Virus record (IMG/VR): IMGVR_UViG_3300023371_000071
DNA length: 19,254 nucleotides
Strand: one strand, 5' to 3'
DNA from: a virus
Taxonomy: Duplodnaviria; Heunggongvirae; Uroviricota; Caudoviricetes
Shown here: one piece after another, positions 6,910 through 12,353 of the stretch
Layout: each line of letters starts with the position of its first letter
How positions within the stretch are numbered: the stretch's first letter is position 1
Notes under the pieces: model-generated
The model's database searches: none
What the model was told of the DNA's origin: nothing
What the model saw: only the letters and a program-made list of their open reading frames with translations
Translations under genes and position numbers: made by a program

Positions 6910-7152
6910 TTGACCATGACTCAGTTTCAGTATGAAGTAAATGTTTACGAAGAAGACCACGTCCTGTCCTGCAAGACCAACAATCCCCGCACCGCCTGCC
7001 AGTTTATGCTGGATCATGCCGACTGCTATCTTGATGTCATCAACGGTTTTACTGGTGAAGTGCTCGCTGTGATGAACCATGAGAATGCTTACTGTCAAGA
7101 GGATTTCGGGCTGATGCTTCTCGGCTATATGACCGAAACAATTTGGGGCTGA
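6910..7152 (+). CDS. hypothetical acidic protein (start TTG 6910 or ATG 6916)
   Basis: AGAGGT RBS, own promoter, terminator follows. Confidence 0.8.
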   Translation: MTMTQFQYEVNVYEEDHVLSCKTNNPRTACQFMLDHADCYLDVINGFTGEVLAVMNHENAYCQEDFGLMLLGYMTETIWG

Positions 7153-7178
7153 CCCTTCGGGGTTGGCTCTTTTCTTTT
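7146..7178 (+). terminator. intrinsic terminator
   Basis: GGGCTGACCC-TTCG-GGGTTGGCTC (UUCG loop) then TTTTCTTTT. Confidence 0.85.
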
Positions 7179-7181
7179 GAG

Positions 7182-7218
7182 CCGGTCGTGCGCGGGCCAC
7201 ACGACCGGTTTTTCCGCA
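7182..7218. repeat. GC-rich hairpin + TTTCCGC element, copy d
   Basis: Stem CCGGTCGTG/CACGACCGG, CGGGC loop, TTTTTCCGCA tail. Confidence 0.65.
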
Positions 7219-7267
7219 ATGGGCAGATCTACCAAGAAATTCGCTGAAAATTTGTGCATTTTGCCAA

Positions 7268-7296
7268 TAGACATTTTATCCCGAAAGTGGTATACT
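7268..7296 (+). promoter_or_regulatory. sigmaA promoter P16
   Basis: TAGACA-17-TATACT with TG; context homologous to P11. Confidence 0.75.
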
Positions 7297-7388
7297 AATA
7301 ATGTCAGGAGGGGAGGCCAAGAAACCGAGAGGCGGCCGACTCTCAGGAAGTAGAGGAAGAAAACTTGAAAAAAAGTTTCCGAAACCTC

Positions 7389-7417
7389 TTGACAAACCAC
7401 TGACCCTGTGGTATAAT
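7389..7417 (+). promoter_or_regulatory. sigmaA promoter P17
   Basis: TTGACA-17-TATAAT, TGTG. Confidence 0.9.
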
Positions 7418-7421
7418 AAGG

Positions 7422-7518
7422 GTGTCAGGTGAGGGAAGCAACTGACAGTCGCTTAGCCAAGGTAGCCTGCGGAGTGGGTGCGCAACACTCCATGGTTAGA
7501 CCCTGTGCAAGCGAAGCG
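7422..7518 (+). ncRNA. putative ~95-nt structured RNA between P17 and P18
   Basis: No RBS-led ORF; stems TGTCAG/CTGACA, CGCTT/AAGCG, TAGCCA/TGGTTA, GGAGTG/CACTCC. Confidence 0.45.
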
Positions 7519-7540
7519 AAAAAAAAGTTTGCGAAACCCC

Positions 7541-7569
7541 TTGACAAACAACTGAATAGGTGCTATAAT
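7541..7569 (+). promoter_or_regulatory. sigmaA promoter P18
   Basis: TTGACA-17-TATAAT with TG. Confidence 0.9.
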
Positions 7570-7614
7570 AAGAGTGTCCTAAGGGACAAGACAAAAAGAA
7601 AGAGGTAATGAATC

Positions 7615-8022
7615 ATGATGAAGTTCACTAAGAAGGTTGCTCTGGAAGTCGCTATCAATGCTATCGAGAACTCCACCCTGCCCAACTGGTCTTTCACTGA
7701 GGGCGAGGAAACCCTGACCATCTCCAAAGCGGAAGCCATCGAGAAGCTCCAGAAGATGATTGAGCAGTTGGAGGCTAAGTCCAACGCTCCCAAGAAGCCC
7801 ACTAAGGTGCAGGAAGCCAACGAGGGTGTCAAGGACATCATCAAGGCTGTGCTGGAAGGTCAGTCCCCCATGACTGTCTCCGAAATCATGACCCACTCTG
7901 CGGAACTGAGTGCCCTGTCCAACCAGAAGGTCGCCTCTCTGGTGCGCCAGATGGTCGAGGCTGGCGTGCTGGTTCGCACTGAGGAAAAGCGCAAGGCTTT
8001 CTTCGCCCTCGCTCAGGGCTGA
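7615..8022 (+). CDS. winged-helix domain protein, family A copy 3
   Basis: AGAAAGAGGT RBS; KKPTKVQEANEGVK and LSNQKVASLVRQMVEAG..EEKRKAFF motifs. Confidence 0.85.
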   Translation: MMKFTKKVALEVAINAIENSTLPNWSFTEGEETLTISKAEAIEKLQKMIEQLEAKSNAPKKPTKVQEANEGVKDIIKAVLEGQSPMTVSEIMTHSAELSALSNQKVASLVRQMVEAGVLVRTEEKRKAFFALAQG

Positions 8023-8026
8023 GCCT

Positions 8027-8052
8027 GAGACCCCGAAAGGGGTCTCTTTTTC
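8027..8052 (+). terminator. intrinsic terminator
   Basis: GAGACCCC-GAAA-GGGGTCTC then T run. Confidence 0.9.
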
Positions 8053-8057
8053 TTGGG

Positions 8058-8094
8058 CTGCTCGCGGACGGGCGCCGCGAGCAGTTTTCCGCGA
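8058..8094. repeat. GC-rich hairpin + TTTCCGC element, copy e
   Basis: Perfect 10-bp stem CTGCTCGCGG/CCGCGAGCAG, loop ACGGGCG, TTTTCCGCGA tail. Confidence 0.7.
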
Positions 8095-8143
8095 TACACT
8101 AGACCCACCGAAAAATTTTCTTGAAAAATCGGCATTTTAGGGG

Positions 8144-8172
8144 TTGACAGATTATCCCGAATCTGATATAAT
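8144..8172 (+). promoter_or_regulatory. sigmaA promoter P19
   Basis: TTGACA-17-TATAAT with TG; spacer nearly identical to P5. Confidence 0.9.
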
Positions 8173-8199
8173 AGAACCATCGAAAGGAGCTGATCTGAA

Positions 8200-8340
8200 A
8201 TGTTCACCTGTCCTGCACTCTGTATCCTTGGTCTGGTTCTCTCTATGTGGGGATTCATCTGGGGTATCTTCTTCCAGGAATTCCTGTGGCTGTGTGTAGC
8301 TGGTTTTGCGCTGGGCTGGATGTTTTCTAAAGATTGTTGA
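8200..8340 (+). CDS. 46-aa membrane micro-protein (not in ORF track)
   Basis: AAAGGAG RBS; MFTCPALCILGLVLSMWGFIWGIFFQEFLWLCVAGFALGWMFSKDC; fills the P19-P20 interval. Confidence 0.75.
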   Translation: MFTCPALCILGLVLSMWGFIWGIFFQEFLWLCVAGFALGWMFSKDC

Positions 8341-8349
8341 AATTAGGGG

Positions 8350-8378
8350 TTGACAAACTGCCCCAACTGTGTTATAAT
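8350..8378 (+). promoter_or_regulatory. sigmaA promoter P20
   Basis: TTGACA-17-TATAAT, TGTG. Confidence 0.9.
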
Positions 8379-8403
8379 AATAATGTCGAAAGGAGCTGAT
8401 AGC

Positions 8404-8877
8404 ATGGAGTTCAAGGAAGCTATCAAGGCTTACGCTAAAATGATGGGCGTAAGCGAATCGGAAGCGAAGCAGGATGCCGAAGCTACCATCAAAATGTGGA
8501 TGACCACCGAAGGCATGACAAGGGAATTTGCGGAAGCCAGCTGGATTGAAGAGCAGGAAGATGCAGACCCCGAATTGCTGAAACAGATGGAAAAGCAGGC
8601 GAAGGAATCTGGCGCAACAAAGGTCAAGGCAAAGCGTGCCCCGAATTACAGTCTGGAAGGACAGAAAAAGCGGGAACGCAAGCCCAACGAAGAAAAGCGT
8701 TCACTGATTGAACAAATCGCCAATGCAATGGAAAGTTTTCATCACATGGATGAAGAAATTCCTGCTTCTGGTGTGGATTTGGTCGAAATTGTGAATCCTG
8801 AACGAGAAATCACCTTCAAAATTGGTGAAAATTGCTACAGTGTGACCCTTACCTGCCATCGCAAGCCGAAAAAATGA
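8404..8877 (+). CDS. hypothetical protein, family B (paralogue of 1592-1996)
   Basis: AAAGGAG RBS before ATG 8404; RERKPNEEKRSL, VNPERE, YSVTLTCHRKPKK. Confidence 0.85.
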   Translation: MEFKEAIKAYAKMMGVSESEAKQDAEATIKMWMTTEGMTREFAEASWIEEQEDADPELLKQMEKQAKESGATKVKAKRAPNYSLEGQKKRERKPNEEKRSLIEQIANAMESFHHMDEEIPASGVDLVEIVNPEREITFKIGENCYSVTLTCHRKPKK

Positions 8878-8880
8878 CAA

Positions 8881-8906
8881 AATGGGCGAGAAATCGCCCA
8901 TTTTTT
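8881..8906 (+). terminator. intrinsic terminator
   Basis: TGGGCGA-GAAA-TCGCCCA then T6. Confidence 0.85.
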
Positions 8907-8972
8907 GCTGTTTTTGTCCGGTTTTGTGCGGTTTTACTAGAAAAATCGCATAATTTTTGTTGATTTTGCCTA

Positions 8973-9001
8973 TTGACAAATGCGGCGGGCTGTGGTATAA
9001 T
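8973..9001 (+). promoter_or_regulatory. sigmaA promoter P21 (no downstream ORF)
   Basis: TTGACA-17-TATAAT, TGTG. Confidence 0.85.
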
Positions 9002-9023
9002 AATAGAGGGGAGTTGAGCGGGC

Positions 9024-9055
9024 CGGTCGCGGGCGATCCGGACCGAATTTCCCGA
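9024..9055. repeat. GC-rich hairpin + TTTCCCG element, copy f
   Basis: CGGTC/GACCG stem, CGGGCG in loop, AATTTCCCGA tail. Confidence 0.5.
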
Positions 9056-9286
9056 TCGGACCTGTATATGCAAATTTTTCTCTTGAATGCAACTATATGC
9101 AACTAATTACCTTGAATCCCGAAACCCCGGTCGGGCCCCGCCGATCGGATAACCGATCGGCTATCATATGCGCTCGTGCGCGGTGAAAGCGATTCCTCCA
9201 GCGCCTCACAAATCAATTCTCTCTGCCCCTCAGCGTAGATCGAACATACCCCGCGCGTTCTCTGGAACATGCATATGCTGCGGAAT

Positions 9287-9315
9287 TTGACAAATTGAAT
9301 TAAATATGATATAAT
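9287..9315 (+). promoter_or_regulatory. sigmaA promoter P22
   Basis: TTGACA-17-TATAAT, TATG. Confidence 0.85.
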
Positions 9316-9347
9316 ATTTAAAAAAGGCACCTCCGCCGACCGGGAAA

Positions 9348-9376
9348 TTGACAACATAATTTTTTTATGATATAAT
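9348..9376 (+). promoter_or_regulatory. sigmaA promoter P23
   Basis: TTGACA-17-TATAAT, TATG. Confidence 0.85.
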
Positions 9377-9429
9377 AAAAGTAGAAGGATATAGGCCGAC
9401 CGGAAAGTCGGCAACAAGAGGAAGGAGAT

Positions 9430-9458
9430 TTGACAAATAAACAAATATATGATATAAT
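9430..9458 (+). promoter_or_regulatory. sigmaA promoter P24
   Basis: TTGACA-17-TATAAT, TATG. Confidence 0.85.
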
Positions 9459-9674
9459 ACGGTGGGGCATATTTTTACCGATCGGTAATAGATCAAGAGG
9501 AGCAAGAGTAAAGAATAGCAAGTGGACGGGCTGGCATATGCGGCATAATATATTGAACTTAATTACGGACACGAGGACGGATAAATGAGTAGAGTAGTCT
9601 AGGCCCGATCGGGCCACCCCACTTCCAGAATTTTCCCAGTTTTTACAATTTTATCTATCCTCATCTTCTCTCCC

Positions 9675-9713
9675 TTGATTTTTATAAAAAAATTTGCTAT
9701 AATATATATGTAA
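9675..9713 (+). promoter_or_regulatory. class II promoter
   Basis: TTGATT-17-TATAAT then ATATATGTAA, as at 12239, 15691 and 18040. Confidence 0.8.
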
Positions 9714-9794
9714 AGAATGAGGGAATCGCTTCGCTCTTCCCTCTATCCAATCCTGGGGTCGCTCCCCAGTGAATATCGAAAGGAGACTCCTTAC

Positions 9795-10400
9795 ATGAAT
9801 ACTTACGAGAATGAAATGATGGCTATGCTTCGTCAGGGTATGTCTATGGACGAGGTTATGAACAAGATGCGCACTCAGCTGGCCAATGCACAGGCCCAGA
9901 TCAAGGCTGAAGAGGAAGCTAAGCGTAAGCAGGCTGAAGCTAAGCGCAAGGCCGATAATGAGACCAAGGCTCAGACTCTGGTTGATCTTTGCAACCGTGC
10001 AATGGAGAATAAGCTGACCGCAGCCGATGTCGCTTATGTGCAGCAGCTCTATGCTACTCAGAAGTATCCTGAGCATGCTCGCATGTTCGCTCAGATGTTT
10101 GATGCCAATGAAGTGGATTCCACTATCAAGATGGCAGTTGGCACTATGAGCGCTCTGACTCCTCTGGTCCATCTGGCTGGTGCCAAGGATTGGGATGAAG
10201 TTCTTGATGAACTTGATGCCAAGGAAATCAAGAATGCTCACGCTCAAGCCAATGCAAAAGTGGATGAAGATCTGAAGGAAATGCAGGACCTCTTCGGGCT
10301 TCTCTTTGGCCAGGCAAAGCCTGTCCAGAAGCCCGCTCAGCCTACTCCCAAGTCTGACGACACCATTCTGCGCGACTTCGTAAATTCCATCAATAAGTGA
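9795..10400 (+). CDS. hypothetical coiled-coil protein (201 aa)
   Basis: AAAGGAG RBS before ATG 9795; A/E/K/Q-rich helical N-terminus. Confidence 0.85.
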   Translation: MNTYENEMMAMLRQGMSMDEVMNKMRTQLANAQAQIKAEEEAKRKQAEAKRKADNETKAQTLVDLCNRAMENKLTAADVAYVQQLYATQKYPEHARMFAQMFDANEVDSTIKMAVGTMSALTPLVHLAGAKDWDEVLDELDAKEIKNAHAQANAKVDEDLKEMQDLFGLLFGQAKPVQKPAQPTPKSDDTILRDFVNSINK

Positions 10401-10431
10401 AAGAAGGGCTAACGCCCTTCTTTCTTTTTTT
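10399..10431 (+). terminator. intrinsic terminator between convergent genes
   Basis: GAAAGAAGGGC-TAAC-GCCCTTCTTTC then T run. Confidence 0.85.
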
Positions 10432-10435
10432 ATAT

Positions 10436-10467
10436 AAATAAGAAAAAGGGAGGCTAATGCCTCCCTT
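10436..10467 (-). terminator. intrinsic terminator (leftward)
   Basis: AAGGGAGGC/GCCTCCCTT stem 10446-10467, T-rich tail on minus strand. Confidence 0.8.
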
Positions 10468-10927
10468 ATACCTTGCGCTTACCATATTTCTTGGCTTTCT
10501 CTTTTCCTTCATTCACAAGTTCTTGCAATCTTGCTGCTCCATCAGATTCATAATTTGCAAGATTCTCTTCACTCTCTCGAATAAGAGCCATCAATTTCTT
10601 CTCACCCTGTGCAAATAGAGCTTCAACAGTCGCTCTCTCAGTTACAACAGTAGAAGTCTGCTTTGCAGCCTCCTCTTTCTTATTGCCACGAATCGCAGTA
10701 CCATATACAATACTATAATGCAGTGGCTTCAAGTCATCTACAGACTTCAGATTAGGAGTAACCTGACCAATTATCATACCACCATTAATCAGTCTACGAT
10801 CTTCACCAATCATCCACATAATATCATTGCGCGCTCTTCCCTGTTCACTAATCTCAAACAGAAACTCTCTCTTCGGGATTACATAAACTTCCTTACCTCT
10901 ATAAGCACCAAGACAATCATATGCCAT
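10466..10927 (-). CDS. hypothetical protein (153 aa)
   Basis: AAGGAGGA RBS on minus strand; terminator downstream. Confidence 0.85.
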   Translation of the reverse strand: MAYDCLGAYRGKEVYVIPKREFLFEISEQGRARNDIMWMIGEDRRLINGGMIIGQVTPNLKSVDDLKPLHYSIVYGTAIRGNKKEEAAKQTSTVVTERATVEALFAQGEKKLMALIRESEENLANYESDGAARLQELVNEGKEKAKKYGKRKV

Positions 10928-10953
10928 AACTCATTTTCCTCCTTAAATTTGAG

Positions 10954-11010
10954 TTTTGAAATCATTTTTTCATTTGTTCCTCGCACCATGCGATTTTGAA
11001 ATCATTTTTT
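10954..11010. repeat. 17-bp direct repeat TTTTGAAATCATTTTTT x2
   Basis: Copies at 10954-10970 and 10994-11010. Confidence 0.85.
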
Positions 11011-11049
11011 GAAAACATTGCCCCACTTATATACGAGGCGGGCGTATAA

Positions 11050-11092
11050 GGTATGGTATACCTCGGAGCGAAGCGGAGAGGTATACCATACC
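11050..11092. repeat. perfect 15-bp inverted repeat
   Basis: GGTATGGTATACCTC / GAGGTATACCATACC around loop GGAGCGAAGCGGA. Confidence 0.9.
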
Positions 11093-11127
11093 GCCTATTT
11101 TATTCTATTCTATAGGTTACTATTTTT

Positions 11128-11154
11128 TGTACAAAACTCAGAAATTTTTGTACA
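11128..11154. repeat. TGTACA-N15-TGTACA site (left copy)
   Basis: Inverted near-copy of 11848-11874. Confidence 0.75.
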
Positions 11155-11175
11155 TTTCATCTAAAATCCGATCGG

Positions 11176-11769
11176 TCACTCGGGCAACACATTAGATACT
11201 TTGGTAATCACAATATTCGTCTTATCATATTCTACTTGCTGCAATTCATATGTAATCAATCCTAATCTCCGCAAGATATCAAGGATATCATTGATTACAA
11301 CATTATTAGAAGTAGTTGATGTTGCTAAGCCAATGCGATTCTTTAACTCTTTATGAGTTACAACAAATGATGTTTCACCATTGCCTAAATAACGATTCAA
11401 GAGATAGACAAATAGGTTTACAGTATTGCGGTTTAAAGAGTTTACAAGCTGTCTCAAAGTAGTAAATGGAACCAACATTGCAGAAGATGCTTGCAACTCT
11501 TTTAAGATATATACTTTTCTATCGTCATCTTCTTCTAATAGACCCATTTTTACCAATTGTTTTACATATTTAGATGCGCTACGACGATCCATTCCAGTTT
11601 CATTACCAATATTTACAAATGTAGCAACTTTATATGAAACGCTTCTTGCATCTTGACTATCCCAATCAGATTTACATTGAAACCATGCATAAACTAAATC
11701 ACAATAATTTCTATCTGCCATAATCCCAGCTTCCTTCGGAACTTGTCTTGAATTCTTCTAAATGTTCAA
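11176..11769 (-). CDS. tandem winged-helix DNA-binding protein, replication-initiator-like; starts at TTG 11769 if TAG 11760-11758 is read through, otherwise ATG 11721
   Basis: GMDRRSASKYVKQLVKMGLL and THKELKNRIGL...ILDILRRLGLI helix-turn-helix patterns; GGAGGAGGTG RBS before in-frame TTG. Confidence 0.7.
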
Positions 11770-11847
11770 TGGTTTTCACCTCCTCCCACGAGATATGAAA
11801 ACCAAATATAGATAATTGTACAACCTTGACCAAACATCATAGATTCG

Positions 11848-11874
11848 TGTACAAAATTTTCTAAGCGTTGTACA
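11848..11874. repeat. TGTACA-N15-TGTACA site (right copy), third TGTACA at 11817
   Basis: Reverse complement matches 11128-11154 at 23 of 27 positions by manual alignment. Confidence 0.75.
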
Positions 11875-11945
11875 TTTTTAGGAATTTTCTCTACTATTCC
11901 CAAGTCTTTAGATTTTTTCCTAAAAATTTTTACCAAAAATAACTA

Positions 11946-11969
11946 AGGGCTGTGCACGAACACAGCCCT
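11946..11969 (-). terminator. probable terminator (leftward)
   Basis: AGGGCTGTG/CACAGCCCT stem; TAGTTATTTTT follows on minus strand. Confidence 0.65.
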
Positions 11970-11974
11970 CAAAC

Positions 11975-12163
11975 TTAAGCCTTCTTGTTCTCGTCGAGGA
12001 CTGCCTGAAGGTCACGTTCAAACTTGGGAGTCACAGTAAAGATCCAACACAGAAACTCTGGCTTGCTAGGATTCGGCATAGTACCAGCAGGGACATTACC
12101 CATTTCAACCAACTTCATTGCAATCTTACGAGTATAAATAATCTTATTAGTAGTATCAGCCAT
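11975..12163 (-). CDS. small protein resembling DUF5659 family
   Basis: IYTRKIAMKLVEMG....PNPSKP...WIF...PKF pattern; GAGGA RBS; own class II promoter. Confidence 0.6.
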   Translation of the reverse strand: MADTTNKIIYTRKIAMKLVEMGNVPAGTMPNPSKPEFLCWIFTVTPKFERDLQAVLDENKKA

Positions 12164-12238
12164 AATATATTCCTCTTTTCCGGCTGCTTCGCAGCTCGCT
12201 TATATTTGTTAAAGTTCGAACTCTTCGCTCAACCTTTA

Positions 12239-12277
12239 TTACATATATATTATAGCAAAAATTTTTACAAAAGTCAA
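12239..12277 (-). promoter_or_regulatory. class II promoter (leftward)
   Basis: Minus strand TTGACT-17-TATAAT-ATATATGTAA with TG. Confidence 0.85.
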
Positions 12278-12298
12278 CTGGTTCGGTCTAGTTTTCGA

Positions 12299-12327
12299 TT
12301 GACTTTTCAAAAAAAATATGATACAAT
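12299..12327 (+). promoter_or_regulatory. promoter for folD operon (divergent from previous)
   Basis: TTGACT-17-TACAAT, TATG. Confidence 0.8.
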
Positions 12328-12353
12328 AAAAGAAAAAGGAGCTAATTATTGAT

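Larger units (their letters stand above)
9052..9615. repeat. cluster of eight CCGAYCGG boxes
   Basis: CCGATCGG at 9052, 9141, 9153, 9478, 9605; CCGACCGG at 9336, 9396 and on the minus strand at 9127-9134. Confidence 0.85.

Noticed and set aside
7422-7518. Known self-cleaving ribozyme
   Set aside because: No CUGANGA/GAAA hammerhead core, and no convincing twister, twister-sister, pistol or HDV consensus by eye
1538-8403. N-terminal extensions in the ORF track (starts 1538, 2067, 2509, 3169, 3753, 4902, 8350; also 9717, 18081)
   Set aside because: They start inside promoters or leaders, often at the TTG of TTGACA; clear RBSs mark downstream ATGs
418-9055. Integron attC sites or REP elements
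   Set aside because: No RYYYAAC/GTTRRRY cores, no GTAG ends, no integrase or TnpA in the window; similarity is only architectural
851-9458. CRISPR array suggested by regularly recurring ~30-bp repeats
   Set aside because: Repeats are degenerate -35/-10 promoters separated by 60-700 bp that usually contain genes; no constant repeat-spacer period and no cas genes
8701-9617. ORFs across the junction (8701-9102, 9103-9444, 9318-9617 minus; ATG 9586 with TAG read-through; TTG 9430)
   Set aside because: They run through promoters and palindromes with low-complexity translations; RBS support is weak or absent
7511-12192. Recurrent GCGAAGC mini-hairpin heptamer as a system
   Set aside because: Only a handful of copies, one inside coding sequence, with no fixed context; not clearly above chance without a count
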